Shown: positions 1 to 11,188 of the stretch, in pieces
Layout: each line of letters starts with the position of its first letter
How positions within the stretch are numbered: the stretch's first letter is position 1
DNA from: Cyanophora paradoxa CCMP329
Lineage: Eukaryota > Plantae > Glaucophyta
Length of the DNA stretch: 48,911 bases
Direction: 5' to 3'
NCBI GenBank assembly: GCA_004431415.1
Contig: QPMI01000466.1
Span: forward strand, 1 to 48,911
Position numbers and translations under genes: made by a program
Notes under the pieces: generated by a model
The model's input: only the letters and a program-made list of their open reading frames with translations
What the model was told of the DNA's origin: nothing
Databases searched by the model: none

Positions 1-93
1 CAACTGGAAGAATAGTTAGGAGAACCACTGAGCAACTACAAGGTAACCTACTGCCTATCACAGTTCCAAAGGAGGAAAAAGGGGAATCTCGAA

Positions 94-1159
94 TTGTCAA
101 AAAGTCTGAGATTGAAAGAGCTTGTCCCAGTAGAGATCCCAGTTGCTATTGCAGTGAAAGAAACCAGTAAGATTGCCAAGAGATTCTATGATGTGAGAAC
201 TGGTTACAAAGGGCTTCAAGCTATGAGGGCTGAGTTACCAGATGAATCCTATAAGCAGTTGCAAGAGTTCTATAAAAAAGCAAGAGGTAGTTCAGATCAA
301 TGCACCTGCTATATCTAGAAAGAGAGATCCCATGGTCCCAATAAGGCAACCCCTTGATACCTATGTGATTGATTTGCTCTTTTTCCCAGCTTATAAGAAC
401 AAAACAATGGCTATGATACCTTTATGACTGCAATGGAATCCACACTGAGAACTGGGTAATCATACCTATTAGGGATAAATCAGCTCTCACTACATTAGCT
501 GCATTTAAACAGCTTGAGATGAGAGTAGCAAGACCCATAGTAAAGGTTCAATCAGATGCTGGAAGTGAGTTCCAAAATCGAATATTCCAGGAGTATCTAT
601 CTAGTAAATACATAGAACACCAAGTGAGTGGAACTGCAGACCACAGAAGCCAAGGTCGAATTGAAGCCTTTAACAAGCAGATTAAGAGATTGATCACAAA
701 CTACTGCATAGCTAATAATACAGCTAGATTCTTTGATGTGTTAGGTGATATTGAGTATAATTACAATAATACAGTTCACTCAGCTACTAAGATGAAGCCA
801 GGCGAAACTACAGAGGAGCATTATAGGTATATAGTGGGATTAGAAGATGAAAGATTCAAGAAATCAATAGCTTATCTTGATACCATGCAGCCTGGCATGT
901 TTGTTAGAGTGAAAGTAGAGAAGAACCCTTTGCAAAACAGGGTAACAATTGGTCTAGGATGGTTTACACTGTTGATAGTAGAGAAGGCTTTAAGTTTAAG
1001 CTAAAGAGTCCCACTGGAGAGATCATAGATAACAGGTTTGCTTTCCATGAGCTGTTGCCTGTGAATGCAGTTGAGTATCTGGAAACCCCTACAGTAGATG
1101 CCTTAGAGCAAGCTAAAGAGGAAGCTAGGGTTGATGCTGCTATAAGGAGAGAGGCATAG
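94..1159 (+). pseudogene. Polinton/Maverick-type retroviral-like (rve, DD35E) integrase, disrupted
   Basis: Stitched across frames: FYDVRTGYKGLQ..KQEVVQI / YVIDLLFF (D1) / VQSDAGSEF (D2) / GRIEAFNKQIK (E, 35 residues after D2) / YNNTVHSATKMKP / GMFVRV..NWSRMVYTV..FKLKSPTGEIIDNRFAFHELLPV (SH3-like C-terminus typical of Maverick/PLV integrases). Frameshifts near 280, 410 and 935, and an in-frame TAA near 457. Confidence 0.85.
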
Positions 1160-1603
1160 AAGCTGCTAATGAAGTCCCAGATAAGCCTTTGATAGAGGCT
1201 AGAAAGGAGAAGGCTGGGAAAGTTAACAGGGAACTCAAAAAGCTCACTATAGCAGGAACACAGAAACTTTCAGAAGTGAATAGCCAGAGATGGTATAATG
1301 ACTTTCAGACTACTAAGGAGTCATATACAGCCCTAAACCTCAAAGAACACTAAGAGAAAGGACCAAAACTAGCTAGTTTCATAGCCGAAAACTCGTTTTT
1401 TCCAAATATATGTATGACAGATATACTATATGCATATGATATACACATAGTCTTGTAGAGCATATCAAGCGCTTCACAGCGCTATGCAGAACGTTGCGTT
1501 TTGATGATCTGGTGATGAGATATAACAGTTTGAAGATGCAAAAGTCACTTGCCATAGTGGACTTGGTGAAACACTAGCCCAGGAATCGATTTGACTGAAA
1601 AGC

Positions 1604-1666
1604 GTTTTTGGCTCAGCGGTTAAGACGCTTGATTTCCGAGTCGCAGTTCAAATCCGCTCGAGAACC
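1604..1666 (+). ncRNA. Degenerate tRNA-like sequence (Pol III A-box and B-box; anticodon arm not recognisable)
   Basis: TGGCTCAGCGGTTAAG (A-box/D-arm), GCAGTTCAAATCCGC (T-arm/B-box); GTTTTTG(1604) can pair with CGAGAAC(1659) as an acceptor stem with two G.T pairs. T-runs follow downstream. Confidence 0.5.
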
Positions 1667-1769
1667 TTTACTTCGTTCGCCGTGAAACTTGAAAAGTAAA
1701 AAAAAAACGCGTTTTTTTCTAGATTAATGCTGTACCCGTCTGGAAAATCAATATTCACGTTTGCTGCGA

Positions 1770-2250
1770 TATCTCAGCACCACGTTATCAAATCGATGCG
1801 CTTGAAACGTCATAAAATCGAGCATTTCAAGGCGGTCTGAGCGCTTATCAGCCATATCGACATTTCGATAACCCTGACTCGAAATCGCGATGAAACCGAT
1901 TTTGAATTTTGAATATAAATTCGAATTAAATCCATAAAACGTGAGTTTTAATATAGATCACCAGGAAGTTATCAAATCGATGCACTGACGATCGAATATA
2001 ATCACATATATCATACATAACAATAACTTGCAATCACATATACGAATCTCGATGTGTATACATCGCTATTACGATTAAAGCGAGTTTTGAAATTCAAAAT
2101 AATTCGATTAAATTCGATTATAACTCACAAATCGCGATTTTAACCATATACTTATCAATTCGATCCACTTATGATATCTAATAATCCACTGTATTATATA
2201 GCTTCGATTAACGTGATCACATATATGAAAACATCAATCTAACATTGCAT
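1770..2250. repeat. Degenerate ~184-bp tandem repeat, ~2.5-3 copies
   Basis: TTATCAAwTCGAT at ~1785, ~1969 and ~2152; TTTTGAAwT..AATTCGA at ~1900 and ~2085. Confidence 0.6.
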
Positions 2251-2294
2251 TTAGTAAGCATCCCCTAGATTCCCCCTATTATATAATATTTATA

Positions 2295-2745
2295 TTAAAG
2301 TGGACTCAAGGTTGACTCATATTAATCGTAAAAGTAGTAAAGTATATGGATTTTGTTACGAATTCAATGCAAGGGTTGACTAAGTGGGTTGAGTTGACTC
2401 AAATTTCACAGGAAATATTTGGGACCAAAAGTTTTCTAAAAAGGATTTCACAAAATGTGTCAACTCCCCCCACTTAGTCAACCCTGACCATAAACAGTAA
2501 GGATTTGAGCTAACATGTATCACAAAGTGAACATTTTGAGTCCACTTAGAAGATCCACTTTTGAAATCAAAGTTGATTTTGCTTGAAATTTCAAAGTTGA
2601 TCTAAAAGTGAGTCCACCCTGATTGATTATGGTAACAAAGTTGACTAAGTTGACTAAGTTGAGTCATCTTAAGAAATTCAAGGAGACTAAGAGTTCAAAA
2701 TGTTTATGAAAAGTGAGTCAACTTAGACCACTTATGGTAACAAAG
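2295..2745. repeat. GTTGACTCA/TGAGTCAAC motif cluster with a ~29-bp inverted repeat
   Basis: GGGTTGACTAAGTGGGTTGAGTTGACTCA (~2373-2401) is inverted relative to TGTGTCAACTCCCCCCACTTAGTCAACCC (~2456-2484). Further GTTGACTAAG and GAGTCAAC copies run to ~2725. Confidence 0.7.
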
Positions 2746-2749
2746 TTAA

Positions 2750-3028
2750 ATATTTAATTGATTTAATCGGAAAAGAACATGATTTAATCGAATTTATTGA
2801 TATAATTCCGATAGATTCATTTAGGATTCAATTTAGATCAATCGAAGTTATTGATATAATTCCGATTAACTACAATTAAGATACAATATCGATTAATCGA
2901 GTTTATCGATATAATATCGATTAAATTAATTGAAATTGCATATAAAAATATGAAAATTCATGTGAAAATATGAAAATTCATGTGAAAATTCAAATAAATT
3001 AATCGATTTTATTGATATAACATCGAAT
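2750..3028. repeat. AT-rich ~54-bp repeats plus a 20-bp tandem duplication
   Basis: TTATyGATATAA at ~2794, 2848, 2903 and 3009; AAAATATGAAAATTCATGTG x2 at ~2945-2985. Confidence 0.7.
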
Positions 3029-3103
3029 CACACATATGAATATTCATATTTTAATCCTGAGGCGGAACGCCGAGGGATTAAAATATGAATATTCATATGT
3101 GTG
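3029..3103. repeat. Perfect hairpin with 29-bp arms and an inner GGCG-GAA-CGCC mini-hairpin
   Basis: CACACATATGAATATTCATATTTTAATCC (3029-3057) is the exact reverse complement of 3075-3103. The 17-nt loop contains GGCG GAA CGCC. Confidence 0.95.
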
Positions 3104-3430
3104 GCAAGCTGCACGGAAAGCAGGACAGACATTACGCATATGGGATGGATCATGACAATGATAGCAAGCCCGTGGGCGAGTAGGGCCAGAGGCCGCCAGA
3201 CGAGGGCCGGGAGGGCGAGCAGCGAAATTCTGTGAGCGACCATACGGCATGCCTGTGACAGTATTCTGCGTAAACTGCTGCAACTGCTGCTGATACATTT
3301 GTTCAGTTAACAAAAGTTGGCGCTCCTGAAAATCATCAGTAGCCTGGTTTACATTTTGCAGTCTAAGAGCACGATCAAGGCCTAGCTGATTGATGCGTTG
3401 GATCTTTTGAGTTGGTCTCTAAGTGCGATA
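3104..3430 (-). pseudogene. Gag-like CCHC zinc-knuckle fragment, truncated at the hairpin
   Basis: QKIQRINQLGLDRALRLQ...RPRACYHCHDPSHMRNVCPAFRAAC (CX2CX4HX4C); the reading frame runs directly into the hairpin arm at 3103. Confidence 0.6.
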
Positions 3431-5574
3431 TAAAGACAGAATAATCACGGGCCTCGGCTAACGCTATATTATCGAGAGTGTCCAAAGCAATTCTTTGTTT
3501 TAGAGGTTATTCCAACGGGTAATATTATAGTGGAGACGTTTGGTTCGCGCTCGTAAGGGCTCACGTGTACGTGCAGCACGCTCACGCGCAGTGTTGCCGA
3601 AGATGATCCTTCACGCCATGTTCGATGTCAAATCGACAAGTGGGACCGACGAAATGGCGGAGTTTTGGAATCGGGCTGGATTGGCGGTGGCAGTACTATG
3701 GTACGAGCTGCAATCACTTCGCGAGGTAATGTCAATGGCTGCGAAACGCTGATTGAACGCCTCTACGGTTGGTCTGCAATCTGCTGGATGGGGTTGCACT
3801 GTTGGCCATGCGTTCCGATGCAAATATTCGAGCCTGAAGGAGTGATAACTGGCGGGCCGGCTCCGGGGCCGGCGCTCAGGGTGGGCGTTGGAGGAACAGG
3901 GGGTGGGCTACTGGGCCAGCAGAGGCGCCACAGTCGGATCGGGCGATTGGAGAGGAGTCGCGGTTTTGGCTCTCTTCGCACCCCGGGCGCCATTTGCGAC
4001 CGGGCAAACGAGGACGCAAGGATACACACAATTAGGACGAAACGGGAGAGCTGGAGGCGCCCGCGGGGCGCGCTAGGGCTGCCATGGGAGCAAGAAGCGA
4101 AGCTGCTATCAAGCAACTCTGAAGAGAAGCTGCAGCAGCTGCAGCGATAGCTCACTGCTGCAGCTCTTAGGAAGCTCGTAGGACTTGTTGCAGGTGCAAC
4201 AAGTACCCAAGAAGTACTTGTTGCGAAGCAACAAGAGTGCGAAATTATGTAACAATATACATTATTCACGCTGTCCGAATACGTTATACTACGTTCTCGT
4301 ATAACAACTAACCCCGGTACCATCTTCTTGGTTGCAACTAATACAGACGCACCGGATATTCGACTGCAAACTCCAAATAAACGATTGAAATTCTAAGAAT
4401 TACAAAATAATCGATCGAACTGACCTCATATGTAGGTGCAAAACTAAGTTTATTAGGTCTCTTGCGATAAAGCCAGCATTCACCAAGAGACTCCACACAT
4501 AGCTTCCACACAATCTCTTCGTCAGCAACGTCTTGGAGTTCACACTTAAAGGTTCCGAAGAGAATCCTGCCAGAACCCATCCGGAAAAGTTGCTAGTTGC
4601 GAAACATGCCCCCTATCTTTGCAAACATAACCTGCATACACAATCGATCCAGTACCCTCCAGGAACAAAGGCAACGTCGACGCACAAAACCAGGACTCCT
4701 TGTCGGACCAGGAAAGCCTTGTACATGTGTGTGCACGGGCAGCTGGCCTTTCCAGGCATGGACGACAAAACCGTATTGGGCAGCTAATTTAAATGGAATT
4801 TTAAGGGGCACATCAGGATTTTTTAGACGACAGTAAAAGACGAACTGTGTGGTGGAGCATTTGTCGTGCTCTTCTCCAGTAACCGGACCCCGCATACGCA
4901 ACAGTCTTTGGACAACCGCAAGCAGAGGTTTCAGTGCAGCGAGAGTGAGGAATCTGGAAACAAGATTAGATACGGAAACAAGATCAACAAAGATCACGAG
5001 CTTACCAGAGATCTCGGCGAAGATGAGTCAGCATGTGCTGCTTGTATAAGGTCAGATCAGCATCCGTCCAAGCATGCATCTGTACATCTGGTTGATGATC
5101 GGGCAAATTCGATCGCCCCTGCTGTTCGCGTTTGGGTGGGCCCGCGGCCGTTTGGCTGATCGCCGGCATTCTGTTCGTTCTGCTCGCCAGTTGCTGGGCC
5201 TTGGCCAGCGCCAGCGCCTCGAGTCGGCGTCCTTGCATGCGTGGCACCTCGAGCTCCGGGACGTGTCCAGCGCTAGCTGCAGCTTGCGATGGATCTTGAA
5301 TGCTAGTGCCTTCTGCTAAATTGCTCGCACTCACTTCTGAATCGCCTAAAGCTGCCGGAGAACGAAGCGGCGGACTCAGCACGGAGAACGGATCCAGACC
5401 CTCGGGCGCATTGATCATCGGAAAGAGCGCAGGCTGGTCTCCACCTCTCCCCCATCCTCGGCAAGATTGTCTGAGATGCAAGGTCATCCATGCGACAACA
5501 TTACCCCCCCCCCCCCCCCCCCCCACCACACACCACATCACACCTCTGTGACGCTGCTGCTGGAGGGTCGACGT

Positions 5575-8353
5575 CATGCCGAAGCAGTCACGATCGGCGA
5601 ATCGGTCAAGTCTCCGAAGCAGTCGACGCTAGCGATCAGCATTCGTGCGCTACGGGATCAGCTGCTACCGAGCTCGAGCTCACGTCGAGCCTCGAGAAAA
5701 TGCCTTCAGGATACCTTCGCGCTGTGCATGTCTTATCTCGGCCTGCCGCAAGCGCTTGCTATCCGACTCGTCAGTTATCAGATGGATCCGCCTCGGCATG
5801 GCATTGTCTGGTTAGAGCTGTATCTCACATCGTGCGACGACCTTGGGCGCCCTAGCCCTGTCCAGAGCGCCGCGTGGACCAAGGCGCTGACGAGCTGGAA
5901 CTTTGTGCCAGCAACTCCGCTATCGCAGTCCGCAATGTCACGATCGATGCCAGATGTTACCCGCAAAATGGGGCAGCTTTCATCTCGAAGGTGCTGCTCG
6001 CCGCAGTGCTTGCTTGCTCTTGGTTTTCTGACAGGCAGCAGCTTCCATCGCTTTTGAGATTGTTGAGCGCCCAGGCTCCACTTGAAGCAGTTCGCATCAA
6101 TCATGCGGACTTCTCACGTGTTTTGGACGATTTTCGTCGGACGGTAACACGTAAGCGAGATCCTACTATATATAGCTACAGACAACTGGAGGACTCACCG
6201 CTTGAGCGTGCAGACTGCCGTGGAATGAGCGTGTTCGAGGAACTATCAAGCTTCCTGCAGATGGCCAGCACTTCGCTACTCTGAGACGTAGAGATCGATT
6301 CCGATAGTGAAGCGCCCCGAGCTGTGGAGGACACAATGCCAGAAATTGATTCTGACTCATCGCTCGGCTCGGACGGAGAATGAACTGTATGGCTGGGACG
6401 ATAAAAATATTCCTCTGTGCCCCGACTTGTTTTGCCCAGACACAAGTGGCGACAATGACGAGCATACTTGCCTCATAGGGCGCTTGCGAAAGCTGCAAAC
6501 ATCCCAACTGCACTTCTCCCACGCTACAAATACCTGGAGAAGTTGTTGGCAGGCTCGCAACCTCTCCTTCTGCTGCATCTCTGAATTTGTTTTCGTTGGA
6601 CCTTAATGCGGACGCGAACCACAGAGCTATTACGGAGAGCCTCCAGGTCTGTTTCCGAGGTCGAGAGCCTCATATAGTTGTGGCCCCCCAGCGGATCATA
6701 CGCGGGCTGGCCTAACTAATATACTGATATTCCCCCCGGGGCTTTTCCAAAAAACATTGTGAGCCCAAACTGACGTACATGCATGTTAATCTATTCAGAT
6801 GGAAGCGGCGGACGAAAATCTTCGCGTCGATTGAGAAGCTCACTGCGATCAAGCATCTTGACCTGGCAGCACTTCCTTGTGGATTCCGCCTTCATTAATC
6901 GCTCTTTGAGATGTGCAAGTTCCGATGCAAGAACCTGAAGTCACTTTGGTGTCACTGCTCGAGAGTCTTCCCATTAGCTTTTAGCATTGCTGAGACGTTT
7001 CCAAATTGCAGGTACACTGGTATCTATACAGCTAAGCTTGATATTGATATGTCCGCATAACTTTTGCACAGGAGCTTAAGCTTCTTATCGATCCTACAAG
7101 CTTCTGCGGGTCAGCTTCATTTCAACCTATTTTCAGCTGCCATTTTTGAAGGCCTTCAGCTAGTCCGCATTGCCGAGTTCGTTGCAGCTGTTCGTGTGAC
7201 TGTTTGACAGATGTTTCTTCTCTAAGCACATCCAGCGTGCATTAACAGTTGGAGCAACAGTGCAGTGCCTATTTGTCCATATTGAAGGTGGCGAGCAAGT
7301 CCAAGTCCAGAGACATGTTTCGATGATTTCTTCAAACAAATAATGATGAGCGCTCCTGTGCTGGGGGGTTTTGCTTGTTGAAATTTTCGAGTTTGCGTGC
7401 TTTTGCGTTTATAAACATCGGCAGGGCCGCTCCACCATCTGACTCTCATGAGCAAATCATGTTTCGATTGGATCATCTGAGAAGCATTGCAAGCGCTCCC
7501 AATCTACGGTCACTTATTCTCGACCTTTACTTGAGTCACAACGTCGAGGATATGCATCGGTACAGGTATTGTCAAGCACATACACCTATCTCAAAGAAGC
7601 ACATCACAGCTATGTCAGCTCCAACGAATGGAGTCGCTTACTTTTCTCGAGTTAGACTGTCCGGATGCTCACGAGAGCTTCTTCAGCTCTTGGAAGCTCT
7701 TCATGACAGCTCTGTATCTAAGGCACTCCATGCGTTCGACAATGGTGCTCAGCATTCGGCATAATATGTCTTTTTGGCTCCTCAGCCGCAATAGCTCCGG
7801 CATGCGAACATATGATATTAACCAGTAGCAAAAGCTTATCACGAGGCGGACTTCGAGGTTGCCCAGGCAGCAGCAGAAGTCATTTCGGAATACTGCACAA
7901 AGATTACATCTTACCGCCGAGTCGGAAGTTTCCCGGAGAAGAAGGAGAGCGAGGCCATTTGTCAAGGCCATCAGCTTCAATTTGGACACAAGCCAGCTTG
8001 TTTTTCACGCCTCCAGCCATGTGCGAGCAACCTTTGCTGCTGACTTTGATTCCTTGCAAGCCATCAAAGCTTCCCTTGAGCCATTACGATCAACTGTTGT
8101 CCCCCGACTTTGCCAGCCCATGCCCAGATATAGCATTTTCTTTTCTGCTGGCCTTTTCCACCATGTACGCGCAGCAAAGCTGTCAATGAGCGATTTCACG
8201 AATGGATTTAGCTCGCCCATGAACATGAAGCTTTCAGGGAGTGTTCCATGGACTTTGGTTATTAGGGAGCACCTGCGGCCTATTCTCACAGCAACAGACT
8301 ACGAGCTTCCATGTAAACGTTACGTAGTTTACTGTCCACAGCTCTTTTTGTGA
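5575..8353 (+). pseudogene. F-box-like gene with LRR-like exons, multi-exon, probably degenerate
   Basis: CLQDTFALCMSYLGLPQALAIRLVSYQM (F-box-like) followed by Leu-rich exons (e.g. IKHLDLAAL, LRSIASAPNLRSLILDL). Stops and frameshifts are present; the exon structure is not resolved. Confidence 0.45.
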
Positions 8354-8819
8354 TGTGAAACAAATACATCGCGAGATCTAGAGCTTGCAAATGGGAGAGC
8401 TCGAGGTGGGAGGAATTGAGATCTGGAGGTGCAGAGTTAGGGGCGTCACATCGCAGCGCCGTGTATAGTTTATCTCGAATATAGAAAAGGCGAAGCAAGA
8501 CAAAGCGAAGCACGCACTTCCGGGCGGATGGGGTCAGGACGACGCACCGAGCGCGGACCACCCCGCTGCGCAGCGGCGAAAAAGACCTTGGACACGGATA
8601 CTACACATGTATGCTAAAATGCCGGCCTACTACTAGAGACACTCGGCGTCCAAGAAGTGGAAGGTGCGACCGAATCACAAAAAATTACAGAATTCGAAGA
8701 TCAGGAGGAGGAGCTCCAGCATGGGAACGCAGGAAATAAGGAGAACGAGCACGAGGAGAAGGAGAATAAGAAGGAGAAGGAGAATACGTATAAGCACTGG
8801 AAGAGAACTGCCTGTCGAA

Positions 8820-10916
8820 GTAATTCTTGACTCGAAGGCGAGTGCACTCTCCAGGTCCTGCGCATGCAACTCACATTACGCAAGCTCGAGGGAAGATTCA
8901 ACAGGTATCGAGACTTGAGAAGTTGCAGTGATTCGCACTTTTAGCAGAGCACGTTGCTTGGCCAGTTCGTCCTCGTCGTCCACACAGTCACTTATGACTT
9001 CAGCCCGAAACAGCGGAGACCGAGGCTTCGAAAGCAGACGTGATGCTGGATGGCAATGGCAGGGGCAGCGTGCCATAGCCACCAACAGCGAACTCCTTCA
9101 GCCCGTCATTTCCGTTGCGATGCGCTGCAATCAGATTATGGCGTCTTTTATATATAATTGGGAAGGAACCACTCTTTCTTACCAAGAGAAGGGGGTGGGA
9201 CAATGGTGGATGAACAATCATTAATGTCAAGTATTTCAATGCTGCACCAGGCAGCCAACGACCGTCCGCCAGGGCCTCGTAAAGGTCGCCACAATGATCC
9301 ACCAGGCTGAGTTCCTGTGGATGCACTCCGTGGTCAGCGGGAAGCTCTTCTGGTCTTGGCAGCAAAAAAGGCTGAATCCTTAAGCGCAGTGAATTGCAGG
9401 AGGGTGTCAGCTATAGAAGTGGCCTGTTCTCTGGTGCCGTGGTGGCATTCAAGGTCAACGTAGTGCAGGCGAGGAGCGACAGATTGAAGTACATCGATCA
9501 GCCGTTCTAGACTCGGGAGTTTCAGGGCCTCCAGGAGAGTGAGTGGAGTGAGAAGAGCATCAGAGGCATAGAAACTTCCCGAAAGGCTCAGCGCTGTGCA
9601 GTTCAAGTATGGACACAAAGTAAGAGCATGAAGAGAGGAGAGATACACAACACACTATTGATGCACGCACATCGGAGGGATGTCAGGGAAGCGAGTGGGC
9701 TCAGGTCAAGGTCCTTGTTTGCGCGGAGTTTGAGGTGCTCAAGGGTCGATGAGAGTGCAGCAAGGGGCTCAAGGCTCGATAATTTGGCAAAACGATTGAA
9801 GCAGAGTCCAAACGCTGCACATGAGCATGAAGGAGTAGTCAACGCACAGCATTTTAAACAGTGCCAACAGCAGGAGCAATACTCACATTGAAGAGAAGTG
9901 AGAGAAGCGACGGGAGCAAGGTCCACGAAATCATTATCACGATTGGGAGAGTCATAATACAAGACGAAATCAAGCGAGAGTCGCTGCATCCCTGGAAGGC
10001 CGCAGCAATCGCAGAGACCATGTCTCTGTTGACAGCAGAGGTCCCTGCCTTGAAAGTCACCTGGAGCTGGGTGAGGGGGAGTGGCGAGAGGGCGGAGAAT
10101 GCGGCCAGGTGAAGTGAGGTGGACAGGCTGAGACAGCTGAGCTGCGGGAGAGATGCGAGAGGTGATACATGCTGGACATCTAGAGGTTCGCATTGCAGGG
10201 GACCATCCCGCGTAACTTTCAGCCGAAGGGCCCGGAGAGCGCGGAACCAGCTTATTCCAGCCAGGGAGAAGGCGGGGAAGAAATGATCCGCGCCCTGCGA
10301 TCGAGTGTCAACAAGACAAGCAGTTGCACCCGAGTTAAGGCGTGGCATCGAGAGCTCCAGATCCCGTGCAAACCTCTTTGTTGAGCACAACGTCGAGCTC
10401 TTCAATCCCACCCGTGCGAGCCGCGCTCTCGCACGCGCGGCGGAGCACGGCCTCCACTTGCTCGCTCGTTGGAGCTTCGTCAAAAAGAGCTCCAGCCTCC
10501 CGCGCGGCGCCGCGCCGGGCGCCTCCAGCACCCGCCTGATCGCGCGGCACACTCTCCGCAGGCGGCACAGCTGCTTCAAGTCGCAAGCTGCTGCTGGGGC
10601 TCGGGAGACTTGGCGCGGAGCTTTTCCTCCCACTGGGTGGCGCACGGGCCAGCGAATCGCTGCTGCCATACTTAGGCAAGCACGCAAGACGAAGGATGCG
10701 GAGAAGCAGCGCGTCGGGAAGGCCGAGAAGCGAAGGCGCCGGCCGCTGCGGATGCTGTTAGCTTTACGGTCATAGACGCGAGTACGGAAGTGGGCGCACG
10801 TCCTGCTGAACAGGCTGCACCAACCGCGCTTCCTGATTATCTGACCGCCGCCGCTTCGCTCGATGCGCTGCTGACTTGAGTTGAGCTGACAACTTGTGCG
10901 GAAAGCTCGAGCTCAT
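8820..10916 (-). CDS. F-box/LRR protein, paralog A (multi-exon; apparent 1-bp deletions)
   Basis: Exon 1 MSSSFPHK..AKRRRSDNQEARLVQPVQQD, intron GTGCGC..CTAACAG, exon 2 LLGLPDALLLRILRLA...DLKQLCRLRRVCRAIRRVL (F-box), then LRRs (LASLPQLSCLSL, LAALSSTLEHLKL, LASLTSLR). The 3' end is approximate. Confidence 0.8.
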
Positions 10917-11188
10917 GATCGGACCTAGCTGTACAGGGAAGAGAGCTTGCAATTGAGATTGGCGCTTGCGTGCAAGTACTAGTGCACGCTTTAGGTATAC
11001 GTAGGCGCTGCGTGTACAGTTGTTTCTTTCGGAGAAGCCAGTATCCCGGGGGCTCGCCGTTTCGGCGCAGCGGTTTGATGGAAACGGTGGCCATATAGAT
11101 GGCGGGCGCCATGGAAACGATTCGATTTTGCTAGCTAGCTAGCCATCTGTACGTCACGCTCTGACTCTTTTCTCTCACAGTATTCGTA

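Larger units (their letters stand above)
1..3103. mobile_element. Terminal portion of an AT-rich integrase-encoding element (Polinton-like or endogenous virus-like); left part lies outside the window
   Basis: Contains the integrase remnant, is AT-rich against a GC-rich host, has repeat-rich non-coding DNA at 1380-3103, and shows an abrupt junction at 3103 into a GC-rich ORF. The 1380-3103 tract could be a separate insertion. Confidence 0.6.

Noticed and set aside
3600-5570. Minus-strand coding fragments, possibly continuing the gag-like element
   Set aside because: No recognisable RT, protease, integrase or recombinase motif, so no product could be assigned.
8675-8869. Transmembrane poly-Leu peptide
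   Set aside because: It is the antisense reading of a GAG/AAG-rich low-complexity tract.
10600-10650. H3-like GGKAPRQ peptide in the F-box/LRR paralogs
   Set aside because: It is in the F-box frame only in copy A because of 1-bp deletions; in B and C the coding frame reads WEEKLRAK.
8930-10650. Paralog A as a definite pseudogene
   Set aside because: Its lesions are mostly single-base losses in short homopolymers relative to B and C, which could be long-read consensus errors. Status unresolved.
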